Shown one piece after another: positions 11,594-25,695 of a DNA stretch of 64,000 nucleotides (within the stretch, counting starts at the first letter, position 1; every line of letters begins with the position of its first letter). Where the stretch lies: NCBI RefSeq assembly GCF_009914755.1, contig NC_060929.1. One strand, given 5' to 3'. The translations under genes were made by a program, and so were the position numbers. This DNA is from the human T2T-CHM13v2.0 reference genome, Homo sapiens. Below the pieces are notes generated by a model. It did no database searches and had not been told where the DNA came from. It saw nothing but the letters and a program-made list of their open reading frames with translations.

Positions 11594-13702
11594 AGATATG
11601 TCACACTTTTTCTTTTAAATCCATAGCACCTGGCTTGATGGGTATCAGCAACCAGCTGTTTGATTAAGAGAATGCTCTTGGCAGCTCAGTGTCCCTTCTT
11701 CCTTATATGTATAGTAGTGATGCACTGGCCTACTTCCAGTCCCCACAGGAAGGGAGTGGTTTATATCTGTTTGAGGTGCCCTAAAAGTACCTGACTACAG
11801 GAATGATTTTAAAATATAATTTAAACTGAAGCAATAATAGATCCCTAAAAGCTCTGATCAAGAGTCCTAAATAAATTCACCTTCTGTAATTGCCAGTACA
11901 TGTCTATGTCCTAAACTTTATGGACCAACTCCAGCATCCTGGAGTTTACATCCCTCCTTGATCAATCTTCAGTAAGGAATTTACTTCTCTAATAACATAC
12001 TTCTCAACATCAGGCAGGTCCCGGAATGACCATCAAACAGAGGCAATGTGAACAGCTGGGAGTATCTGATGGTAGTAAACACAGATGTGCCTGCCAGGAC
12101 ATTAACTGCTTAGCAGGTTGACGTAACTGACTTCCCTATGTTCAACAAAGCTTTGTAGTCCCTGAGATGCTACTGCCTGGGTTTAATGATTGCCATGTTC
12201 CCCATCCACTCTTTGGCGAAGGAGTTTCTGCAGCATTTGATGCAGTGCTTCAGCTCAGTGTTAATTATGAGATCAGCTCAATGCCTGTGATTTAGAGGCT
12301 AGACTCAGAACCCTTTCAGTAATTCAGTTCCCGTAAGTCTGTGTTATTGGCTCCTGAATGCACTTGCTTAAGCTAATTAAAAAATAAGCTGAAGAAATTC
12401 ATTTCTTATGCAAAATTAAATCTGGTGTACACGCTGAATATTGCACCTTGTCATGTTCATTTCTAGCTCAATTCTGCCTTTTACTGCACACTTTGCAGCT
12501 TGAGAATTACCATTTAAAGCAAATGTTTGGATTTTGAAGAAACAGATTTGGCCCTTTTGAAAATGTTTGGCTGTAAAACAACTTTGATATAAAGTATCAA
12601 AATAAAAAAATATTCTTAATGTTTCTTTTGTGGCATTATCAGTCAACCGACATCATCATGAGGCTGACATATTGATAGTCTAATGGTGAAATGGGAATCA
12701 TCCTTCAAATAACATGTCCTTTGCATTAGAAAATAGCATTGGTGGACCTGATAGGCATGAGATATCAGCATTGATAACTTGATGAATGGGGACTGTGATC
12801 TCTACCCTGTCCTCCCCAGTCTACCTAATACCAACGTCATGGATATATTTGCAGTGCAGGTTGATAAAATTAAGAGCAGGCTTTTGCAAGAAACAAAGCT
12901 TTGTTAGCTTTTTAATCCGATCAAACAAATACATAAAACAAATAAACAAAAAAGCCACCCAGTTTCAGACTATATGTGTCTGTTTATATGTAGGATTCCA
13001 GATTTGATGAAGAAAAATCTTAGGGCGTGGTCTATCACTAACATCTGTAATCTGCACCAACTGTCTTGCAAATGCATTCTTCAAACAGGGGGTATGCTGA
13101 TCAGTGAAATATATCACTGCTCCAGAAAATTTTCTGAATAGCCTCAAGTGACTGTTGGTGGGTGAAGAGTGCCACTGCCATATAAAGCACTTGGCAAAGA
13201 CCTTGAACAACTTGAGCACTACTAGAGAATTGCTACAGTCAGGAAGGCAAGTTGGTTTTATCTCTTGGCTATTCTGATTATTCAAAGCAGTTATCTGGAG
13301 CAATGTTCTGACAAGGACTGTCAGATAAGCCCCAGGTTCATGGAAAGAGGGAGGGTTGGCTTGGTGATGCTGGAGGTTGGAATATTGTGTCATCCTTTCA
13401 TCTGTCAGCCTTTACTCTGCTTTCCAGGCACCGAGGTGAGCCAGTGTATCTTAAAGTGTAATTGTGTGCCTCACAGATTGCATATGTGATGATTTTATTA
13501 CAATGATTGTTTACGTATAATGTATGTGTCTATATAATTGATTTATACAGAGTAAAATTTAACAAGCACACAAAATTCTGAAGGAATTCACAGGATTTGG
13601 CTAAGTACAATAAACAATTTAACTTAATGTCTATTTAAAGAAAAATATCTAAGTTCATAGGAGAGATGATAAATAACTGGCAAAAATCCTACAGTTAGAA
13701 CG

Positions 13703-13781
13703 TAGGTTGGTGCAAAAGCAATTGTGGTTTTTGCTATTGCTTTTGATGGCAAAAACCGCAATTAATTTTGCACCAACCTAA
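13703..13781 (+). mobile_element. MADE1 (Hsmar1-derived MITE, ~80-bp palindrome)
   Basis: taggttggtgcaaaagcaattgtggtttttg...caaaaaccgcaattaattttgcaccaacctaa. Confidence 0.95.
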
Positions 13782-14257
13782 TAAATTAGTTTAGGAAAAT
13801 TATGTTAAATTATAGGGATGCAGAGATAAATATATACTGGTCTCTACCCTTGAAAAAACTTGCATTCTTTTTCTTGTTCTTCTTGGATTCCATCCAAGTT
13901 TCACTCTTACATTAATGTCAGCTATAGTTTTGAGATGAGTCAGCTTAATCAACTACTGGCTTTCTTTGGATGTGAATGATATGGTAGCTCTTTAAATCCT
14001 GAATGTTGTGAGTACCTTGGAAGAGAAGCAAGGTAACTTCTGCACCTCGTCCAATAATCAATTTACTTGGAGGATTTGTCATCAGTCCTCAGAGAAGTGA
14101 GTCACAGCAGTTACCATCTTCGGGCACTTTCAGCAGGCCACAGCAATAAGTTACTGATACACACTGGAAATTTTAGCTATTTACTAGTTTGGAATACTTC
14201 AGTCAACCCATCAAGTTACTCCTCCCATTGGGGAAAGTAAATTAAGATCAGAAGTTT

Positions 14258-14562
14258 GGGACGAAATTGTGGCTTATGCCTGTAATTCTAGCACTTTGGG
14301 TTGCCGAGGCAGGAGGATTACTTGAGTCCAGGAATTCAAAGCCAGCCTAGGCAACGTAGCAAGACCCTGTCTCTAAAAAATAAAAATAAAAAAGTTAGCC
14401 AGGCATAGTGGTATATGCTTGTAGTCCCAGCTACTCAGCAGGCTGAGGTGGGAGGTGGAACCTGGGAGGTGGACGTTGCAGTGAGCCGTGATAGCACTGC
14501 TACACTTCAGCCTAAGTGATAGAGTGAGATCCTGTCTCTGAAAAAAGAAAAAAAAAAAAAAA
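14258..14562 (+). mobile_element. AluJ
   Basis: Alu dimer with A tail; J-type 'ggattacttgagtccagg', 'agaccctgtctct'. Confidence 0.92.
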
Positions 14563-15351
14563 AGATAGGTGCCCGCTTGGTGATTAATGTATCAAACCCA
14601 AAGGAAATGAATGATTTACAAGTTTGGTTCCAAAACCTCTTTTAGAAGTCAATCAGTTGTTTAATTTGAAATTCTCATTCTCTCTCTTTATATATATATA
14701 TACTTTTTTCTCTCCTACCAACTGGAGTTTATGATATAGTTATTTACTCAGGTTAAACTAAAAAATAATTCCTTCTTTTTGGGAAAGAAATATAGTTGTA
14801 CATAGAGAGTTTAACCTCTGTTGTTTATTCTACCAAAGTAATTCTTTAAAAATAATAGTAGTTAGTAATGGTGATGTGCTTAAATGATAAGAGTTAACTC
14901 AATTTCAGCTGCTCCTCCAGACCTTGGCTATTGTGGGTATGCTGGTCCAAAAGGGAAGGTATGTGGTCCATAGGTAGAGGTTGGTGAAAAGATGGGCTGG
15001 GATGCTACTAATGAGACCAGTGTGGAGGAGGGGATGGAGGGGCAGTTATAGTGCAGTTATAGTGCTGAAGGTCCAAGCCCTAACCCTTCTTTGATCTCTT
15101 AGAAGCCAGCAATTGGGTGGGAGATAAGGATGCAAAGGATGCTGACCTAGGCATTAAGAGGTCATTTTGAAAGGAAAAACAAACAGGCAGGATATCCTAG
15201 TGAAGGAAATCTGGGCCAAGACGTCAGTTCCTGGGGCTAGATAAAGATATTCGGAGTCTTTAAACACAAAAGTAAGCACTTGCCCCTTCACTCCGAAACA
15301 TACGATGTGTTCTTCAACATAAGGGCAAGAGTAATGTGTACAACATATTAT

Positions 15352-15431
15352 TTAGGTTGGTGCGAAAGTAATTGTGGTCTTTGCCATTAAAAGTAATGGC
15401 AAAAAATGCAATTACTTTTGCACCAACCCAA
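15352..15431 (-). mobile_element. MADE1 (second copy, opposite orientation)
   Basis: ttaggttggtgcgaaagtaattgtgg...gcaattacttttgcaccaacccaa; spacer aaaagt is approximately the reverse complement of the first copy's gctttt. Confidence 0.95.
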
Positions 15432-16018
15432 TACATACTACAGTTCCCAAAAAGTTGTTTTTTTTATGATTACTACATCAATTTTTAAAAATATATAGAT
15501 ATATAAATGATTTTCCAAAAACACATATGCTTAGTTTGACTCTTAGGTATTCAATAATGCTAGTCTGTAAGTATTTGAGATAGCTGTGAGCATTCAGAAT
15601 TCAGGTGATTCAGCTCTGTGAGGATAAGGTCTGCCCACTGGTCATCACGGCATGCCAACCTGGCACGGTGTTCTCAGCATTGATGGAACTAATAAATATG
15701 TGTAGATGGACAGATTGACAGATGAAATAGATCTTGTATAGAGAACTTTTACTGACTCATATCTGTTAGGTTGGGAGTGGAGATGGAAGGGGATATGCTG
15801 TCCAATTCACTGCTAGGGCCAGAAGGTCAGTAATGCATCCTATTTTCCATAGCTTTTGATTTTGTTTAGGTTTCCCGCTTTAGGAATATCTATATTATTT
15901 TCTGATATCAGTCCCTAATTGCCAGGTGGCTACCTTTTCTTAAAGTAATTTTAATTGGGCTGTGTCTGGTATTTACTTTCTCTTTTGCCTCTTTCTCTTC
16001 CCAGTTACTTGGCTGGCT

Positions 16019-16113
16019 CTGTGAGGAGGGCAGATACGGCTAATTTACAGCTGCGTCACCAGAGCCTGATCCAGAGAGTAGATGGTCAATATATATTTGT
16101 TGCATAAATGGAT
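16019..16113 (+). mobile_element. L2 3' tail fragment
   Basis: gagggcag...ccagagcctg...gtcaatatatatttgttgcataaatgg. Confidence 0.5.
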
Positions 16114-16166
16114 AGTGGCTGTCTCCTTATTTCTTTCTCTTTTTTTCTTCATCAGAGCTCTCTAAA

Positions 16167-16295
16167 TAAGGTGACCATAAAGTTTGTCCTTGAAACCAGG
16201 ACTTTACAGTGAAAGGAAGTGCTGTTGACTGTTATGCCAGGACAAGGGCATAATCTGGGATTCTTCCACCCAAGCTGAGGGATATCATCATTTAT
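16167..16295. mobile_element. MER94-like (hAT-Blackjack)
   Basis: taaggtgaccata...aaaccaggac...agtgaaagg...tatgccaggacaa. Confidence 0.6.
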
Positions 16296-17355
16296 CACTA
16301 AAGATTTTTTTTTCCCCTGGGGCTTTCTTAAAGATTGATGGAAATGGGCAAACCAATTTTAGATAATAGGTATTAGGGATCTTGCAAATTTTGTTCTTGC
16401 CTTTATAGCAAATAGCTAATGAGTTGTTAATGATTCTTGCCTGTCTCCTCAGAACTCTGTAACAAGTTCTCTCTCTGGTAATTTATTCCTGGTTTTGCTA
16501 GTTTGTTTTCATTGCTCTTAAGGATTCCTTGTTATTAGAACTGGCTTTCTGGATGACTTAGAATTTCCTGATCCTAACAATTTTGCTACCTGGTTCTCAT
16601 TTCCTCATCATCCTGCCTACTTATTGTTGACTTTCTGTCTCAGGCTCTTGTCTGAGTTTATTATTTGGCTTCTGCCATTCTCTTCAGCTCCTCTTTGAAG
16701 CTCCTGCTGGTAACTTCCAGCCTGCTCTTAAGAAACACCAGGCATCATCAATGTAGATGAGTCAGCCTGCATTTTGGCTGTCACTCTCACCTTTCAGAAG
16801 TGACATGAAGGCCTCCTAGCTGCCCTTTCTGCCTTATACCTGCACTTAATCTGGACTTGAACTTAGGGATCCTCACCCTAGCCTTCAAAAGGAATGCAGC
16901 CCCATACTTATCAGGTAAGGTGGCTTTCTTTGTCTTTGCTACACATTGTGCACCAGAAACAGGAAAAAAAATTCCACTGTATTGTGCAGTATGGATTATT
17001 AGGGAAATTTGTAAGCAAGGATCATGAAGAAGAGAAAAGCCCTACAGTCTCCTCCCTCTCAGCAGTTTATTGAGTGCTCTAGACAGCCCAGGCAATCTGT
17101 TGGGTGCACAGGGACTTACTCCAGTTGTTCTCTATCCTTACAGGATAGGCATGAGAGTATCATTATCAGTGTGGGTACAAAAAGAGTAGGAATGTGCCAG
17201 GCGGTTTGAGTTTACATCACAGCTATTTACAGGAGTTGTCTGGGAGAGCTAGCTTCTAGACCTAGGGATCTCTGTGGCCATGAGAAGTTGCCATCAATCC
17301 TGCTGGGAAGTGGAATCCCTTGGATCTGTGGGATGTTGAGTTGTGAGCACTGCTT

Positions 17356-17390
17356 AAAACAAAACAAAACAAACAAACCAAAACAAAACA
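17356..17390 (+). repeat. (AAAAC)n
   Basis: Directly visible. Confidence 0.85.
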
Positions 17391-18001
17391 GCTGTAGATG
17401 CTGTGTTATTCACATTCTATTTCCATCATGCTATTCACAGAATCAGTCAGCATGACTATAACTCATCAGTGTCAAATAAAAATGCAAGTAAATCTAAATG
17501 ATTTCAATCTGAAAAACACATTCAGGAGATAGGCCTTCTTATTGTTTTATTGAAAGGAAACTCCATTGCTTTCTTGATTCTCTTTTATTGGAGGTGGTGA
17601 TAAAAGTAAAATGGAAGTGAAAGATGCTAAATAGATTAGAGGTACCTTACTCAATGACAAAAAACAAGACATATAAATAGAAATATTAATCAATGCTCTG
17701 AGCTTAGTTCAGGTACTAAGCTGTGTAATACATCCCACAGCTTAATTATTATTTTTATGGACATAGTGGCCCAGTGTACCCCAGGCAGTTGCATCAATAA
17801 AATCTGCTTGAGTGGGTTCAGCACAGGGCTGTGCTACTTTTCTGCCAGGAGAACAGCTTTGGATTTATGTTAGATTCATGCTAACAGTTTGAGCAGTGTG
17901 TCCTGGATCTTCTTTGTTTTAAACACATAGTTGAAGACACCTGCATTCAGTTTCAAGTAGGACCTTAGTTTTGTTCTGGAGATGTACCTGTTCACAACGA
18001 C

Positions 18002-18024
18002 AAAAAAAAAAAAAAAAAAAAAAA
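18002..18024 (+). repeat. Poly(A)23 without a recognisable SINE body
   Basis: Directly visible. Confidence 0.9.
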
Positions 18025-18582
18025 GGATTCAATTGAAGTGAGCCATGCGATGCTACATAAAAATCAAACTTGCTGCAAAAATAAATTGCCTGAAACAAAT
18101 GCTTTCATCAGAAATGTCACTACTGAACAAGAAATAAAAAGAGATTTTTTTTTCTCTTGGCAGAGAGTAGCAGATTACAAAGATTTTTTTTGTATCCTCA
18201 TATTAAATTTTAAATACATCTTTTTTACAGAGAATTAGCATTTTTTAGGGCACATAAAGAAAGCAGATCAAGATCTCTCTCTTCTGGGAATGAATCTTTA
18301 CAAAAATAACTTACTTTAATGTAGCCATACTTCGGAGGAAAAAAAAATTATGGGGCGATCATGCTAGAGAGTTTCTTTTTCCCTCTGGGTTGTCGTATTA
18401 TAATATTACTAATTATATTATAGTCTCCTACTTGGTGAAATTGGCTACTTCACGTTCCAAACATGATAAAGTAAATGTCCATAGGTCTTCAAGAACTTAA
18501 GAAGAATAGAGAAAAGCCAAGGAACTCTGACCTCAACCTTCTCTAAAATATTCTTTCTATGTACACCCCAAAGACATGATCA

Positions 18583-18660
18583 CATTTATTTCCCTGAAAC
18601 AGAATTCTGGCTGTAATTGCCATTTATTTCCCTGAAACAGAATTCTGGCTGTAATTGCCA
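18583..18660 (+). repeat. Perfect 38-bp tandem duplication
   Basis: catttatttccctgaaacagaattctggctgtaattgc x2. Confidence 0.98.
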
Positions 18661-19210
18661 GGTTCGAAATACCAACACAACTAGGGAAACAAGTTTGAAA
18701 AAAAATTTTAACCCTACATTCAGTATTGTTTTACCATTTCCTTTCTATAAATGTTTAATCAAATTTATTCAGAGAGACAGAAGATTTTGATTTTCATCCC
18801 TCCAGCTTTTCTCTGATATGTGTTTCTACACATACAGGGTTTCAGTAGATGCGATTTTAAAAATATAATATCAAGTGAACTATACATGAAAAAATTTTAC
18901 AAAGAAATGCGGTGGTAATTTTGTGCCAGAGCCATATCTGTGAAAAATGTTCAACCATACAAATGTTAACTCTGAAAAAATTTTAAATATTGGGATGTTT
19001 TGTCTATACTGTGCTAACCAGCCCCATGGTTTGAGTATATGGCTATTCACCCTGTGGAGACAAAGCAGATGGATAATTGGCAGCATCATTCATTTTTCTT
19101 TAATCTGGATATTCTGCCATCCTGTTGGCAACACCTTTCACCAGCATTTAACAGTCGATACTGGATATAAACTTTAGATCAATATAGTTACATTTGGTAG
19201 TTTTCTCTAA

Positions 19211-19524
<314 letters not shown>

Positions 19525-21647
19525 TGATTTTTAAACTTCCTGAATATTTACCCATAAGTATTCTGAATAAGTAACTATTCTGACATTGTTGAGTAGCTTA
19601 TGATGTACTGCTAATATGCTGTTAATAGAGAAAGCAAGCTATAATGCACATACATACATATGTATGCCTACATAGAACACTGTGGGTTTTTTCATTTCAT
19701 ATATAAATCTTATTCCATTAATTAGCTTATATATTAATAACTGATGAGTCTTTGACATGTAAATAAATAAATAGGTAAATACATACATACATGCATAGCC
19801 TAAAATTTCACTGTGATACAATTTAATTTCGAGTGTTCTTTTTGGAGTATACAAAAAAATTCCATACCTCAGGCTTATTTGAAATGTACTATTTGTTAGG
19901 TGACAGTATCTTCATATAATTTTCAAATTCTGAAGAATTATAGCTTGAGAGATTCTTTTATTCTTCCACAGTAATGACATGCATCACTTAACAGCAGGAA
20001 TTTTAAACTACGTGTATTTCTTTGCATTTCTTCACAAGCTCCAACTTAAAATATTATTGTGACAATAAATATCTTTGCTTCAAGGATCCTGCATAAAATG
20101 TAAGAGCTTTTAACATGGAATAAATAAATGCATTGTTCTCTGAGATTAGGTCAGTGTCTTTGAAATACACTGTATTAGAATGTTAATTGAGTTTGACATA
20201 AGCATGGATATAAAATGCATCATGCCACTCAACTTACCAGCAGTGAAACTGATTACCAATTCTAATCGTTGTCTGCATGGTGACAGCATACTGAGATGGA
20301 GATGTTGAATATTTTAGTTTGTGATATTATCATGGTTGTTTAAAGTACTGACTACGTGTTTTGAAACCAATAGAAGTAATTGGTATGCATGTAGGAACTA
20401 GCAGGCTGAGCACATCATTTATTTATAGAGCCTTTTGATGTAACTCTTTGGGGGAAAAAGTTAATAAAACATGGCTCAAAGATAAATTTACACTCACCAC
20501 TATAATGTGACATACAGCACAAATTATTGTACAAAAAACCCTGTTTTCTGGTGAGGCATGTTCTTTATCTCTTTTTAAGCCATTTTGCCAAGGCAAGAAG
20601 GAAAGGACTGGAGGAAATAAGAGGTATACCGGTATTATTAATTATTTTAAATTTTTCTGAAGCAACTTGTGACAATAAAAATCCATGTGCCAACAGAGGG
20701 AAGTCATGGGTATGATATAGCCTTCCTATTTTCTCACATAAAACAGGTTATGTTCTCAAAGGGTGGGTGACTTGTTCACCAACAAGTAGGTATTAGAAGC
20801 TGAGAAGGACTAGCAACATATTTGGGAACCAACATGGTGGCCTCCTTTGAAAAGCCAGATGTACAGGAAGGTCCTCCTGTACACACCCCTCTGCAGGGAG
20901 GACACTGACATGCTCGGTCTCTATTCAAAACGGAGAACCATGTATTTTTACAACAATATTGACTCAATGTCTAATTGTGGTCAGAGAACTGCTAACTCCC
21001 AACTTGATTTGCCTCAGGCAGAATCAAATCTTAAAACAGTAAGCTGGAGAAATATTAAACTGCTGACAAGATGAAAAATGTGCCAAGAGTGGTGATGTGG
21101 GCAGAGGTGGAAAGAGCATGAAGGAGCAAAGATGCTATACACACACAATTATCTATGTCATGTGACTGCCTGTCTCCAGTGCGTATACACTTGCTCATAA
21201 TCATTGGAGACCAAATAAAGCAATGGTTATGGGACTGGCCCGAAAATCAAGAGCTGGGTTTTGACTTTTTTTTAACTGACAACTGTGCAATCTTAGGTAG
21301 GGATTTTAATCCTTCCAGGCCTACTTTTCCGTATCTTGAACAGTTTCTCACTCTCTTTTTAAGTCAGTGGTTTCACAATGCCTTCTCTTAGGAATGTTTT
21401 TGAAAGGGGAAATTTTAGACCTAAAAAGTAGAAACAATTCATTAGAACTTTTATGAAGGAGCTATTTTTATAAACAAGCACAGTTTTTCATCAAATTTTG
21501 CCATTAATATTTTGTTATCAATATTTATTGACCACAATTATCTTTCTTCAAATGGGAACCTGTATTCCAGTTGGTGGATTTTCATAGGTGTAAAAATATC
21601 TTTTATTGATTTATTTTCCCTAGAGGGCACTTTGAAAATTTATTTTG

Positions 21648-21958
<311 letters not shown>

Positions 21959-22346
21959 GAAAATTTAATCTGAACAATAAGCACTGTTTATGGATGGTTG
22001 ATAAGACATGACCAGACTCGCTTAGACCCAATGATGATGAAGGAAATAGAACACAGAAATATGTAAGTAGGTACATCAAGAACTTCTTTTTATGGTATTA
22101 CGTCCTCCTCTAGAGTAGTAAACCCATAGCTCAAGACTCCTAAGACTGGTTATTTATTTACTCCTTCTGGGCTCCATTGACCAAAGAACTTTTGAGTGTG
22201 TTTTTCTGTAAGTAATGAAGAAAGTAATGGGCAGCTGAGTCTACTCATTTGTATTCACATCTGGTATAAATCCTTTCTACTGCTCATTGCTGTCGGTTGT
22301 ATATCTATGAAAGAGCAACAATGAACAAAATCTGAGTCTTGGTCCT

Positions 22347-23197
22347 TGTATTATTTATCTAATGCTATGTAGAAAAATACTGTTGTCTAAATAATAATTT
22401 GCACAGAGCCTACCTGGGATGACTTGTCTCTGGTCGAAGAGGGGTTGGCTAGGCTTATACATACATTTGCAGTCCTACCAGTTACATTAGCTGGTAACTG
22501 ACTGGTCCCAGATGGCCTCATTTGTATGTTTGGCAGTTATTAGAGCTGTTTTCCAGAGTGAGTCTACTCTTTTCTACATGGCTTCTCTAGCAGGCTACCA
22601 TGGGCTTCCTCACGTGGCCACTAGATTTTAAGGAGATGAGAGCAGAAACTATTAAGACATTCTAAGACCTGAGCAAAAATTGCACAATATCACTTCTGCC
22701 ACATACTATTGATGAATGTAAATCACAAAGACAGCCCAGGTCCAATTGGTGGGAAAGGAGGCTCTATCTCTCAACGGGATGAGCTGTATAGTCTGTTTAC
22801 CTTGCCTGGACTTTACCCACGGAGCTCCATTGTTAATGCTTCAGGTATTTATTTTAGCACACTCCACTTCTGATTACAATTTCTGTGTAAGGAGTCTATC
22901 GTGATATAAAGAAATACCCAAAGACTTAGTGGAAAAATATAATATTCATTTATTTTTGTCATAATTGATTGACCATTGAGAAGGCCTATATATATATATA
23001 CACACACACATGTATGTATAATATACACACATACGTATAATTGGCTGAGTTTACATATGCAGTTATGGTCAGTTGCCAGGTAGATGGGAGGGGGCTGTCC
23101 TGGATGGTCTTGCTCATATCTAGCTAGTGGCTGGACTGTTAAACAGGGTACCTTGATTTTCTCCTTGTAGGTTAGCTCAGCTTCTTCATATAGTAAC
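22347..23197 (-). mobile_element. MLT1 (H/G/I-type) MaLR: LTR (22347-~22795), short internal remnant, start of second LTR (22884-)
   Basis: cacttctgccacatactattg...aatcacaaagacagcccag LTR motifs; internal/LTR junction 'cactccacttctgattacaatttctgt'. Confidence 0.65.
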
Positions 23198-23442
23198 TAA
23201 TTTTTATTTTGTAAATTTAATTTTATTTTAGACTCTGGGTACATGTGCAGGTTTGTTACATGAACATATTGTGTAATGGTGGAGTTTGGGCTTCTAGTGT
23301 GCACATAACCCAAACGGCGACTTTTGTACCCAATAGGTAATTTTTCAACCCTCACCTCCCTCTCAATCTCCCCCTTTTTGGAATCCCCAGTCTCTATTGT
23401 TTCCATATTTATGTCCATATATTTCCATTGTTGAGCTCCCAC

Positions 23443-25075
<1,633 letters not shown>

Positions 25076-25404
25076 TAGCTCACACTTTATAAATGAGAAG
25101 ATGTAGTATTTGATTGTCTGTTTCTGAGTTAACTCACTTAGGATGATAGCCTCCAGCTCCATTCATGTTGCTGCAAAGGACATGATTTTGTTCTTTTTCA
25201 TGGCTGCATAGTATCCCGTGGTGTATACATACCACATTTAGTTTAATCAACTGTCGATGGACACTTGGGTTGATTCTGTGTCTTTGCTATTGTGACTAGT
25301 GGGTGTATTTTTAATATAATGATTTCTGTTCCTTTTTTTGTTGTTATTGTGAATAGTGCTGCAATACTAGCTCAGGCATATTTTTAATATAATGAGCTCT
25401 GTTC

Positions 25405-25695
25405 TTTTTTTTTTTTAGATGGAGTCTCGCTCTGTCACCCAAGCTGGAGTGCAGTGGCGCGATCTTGGCTCACTGCCAGCTCTGCCTCCTGGGTTCATGC
25501 CATTCTCCTGCCTCAGCCTCCAAGTAGCTGGAACTACAGGCGTCTGCCACCACGCCTAGCTAATTTTTTGTATTTTTTTAGTAGAGACAGGGTTTCACCA
25601 TGTTAGCCAGGCTGGTCTTGATCTTCTGACCTCGTGGTCCGCCTGCCTTGGCCTCTGAAAGTGCTGGGAATATAGGCATGAGCCACCGTGCCTGG
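25405..25695 (-). mobile_element. AluY-type
   Basis: agctctgcctcctgggttcatgccattctcc, gttagccagg, gacctcgtg. Confidence 0.9.

Noticed and set aside
12965-13393. 142-aa minus-strand ORF in unique DNA
   Set aside because: No recognisable domain, splice or promoter context; a length this size is plausible by chance in 64 kb x 6 frames.
14238-14266. Similarity to ~27295-27325 (taaattaagatcagaa(a)gtttg..acgaaa)
   Set aside because: Under 30 bp, AT-rich and gapped; cannot be distinguished from chance.
15042-15065. 11-bp tandem duplication gcagttatagt x2
   Set aside because: Real but commonplace slippage event.
18002-18024. Poly(A) as the tail of a processed pseudogene
   Set aside because: No upstream AATAAA at the proper distance, no TSD and no recognisable mRNA body.
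18583-18660. Repeats as a possible CRISPR-like array
   Set aside because: Eukaryotic DNA, only two abutting copies and no spacers.
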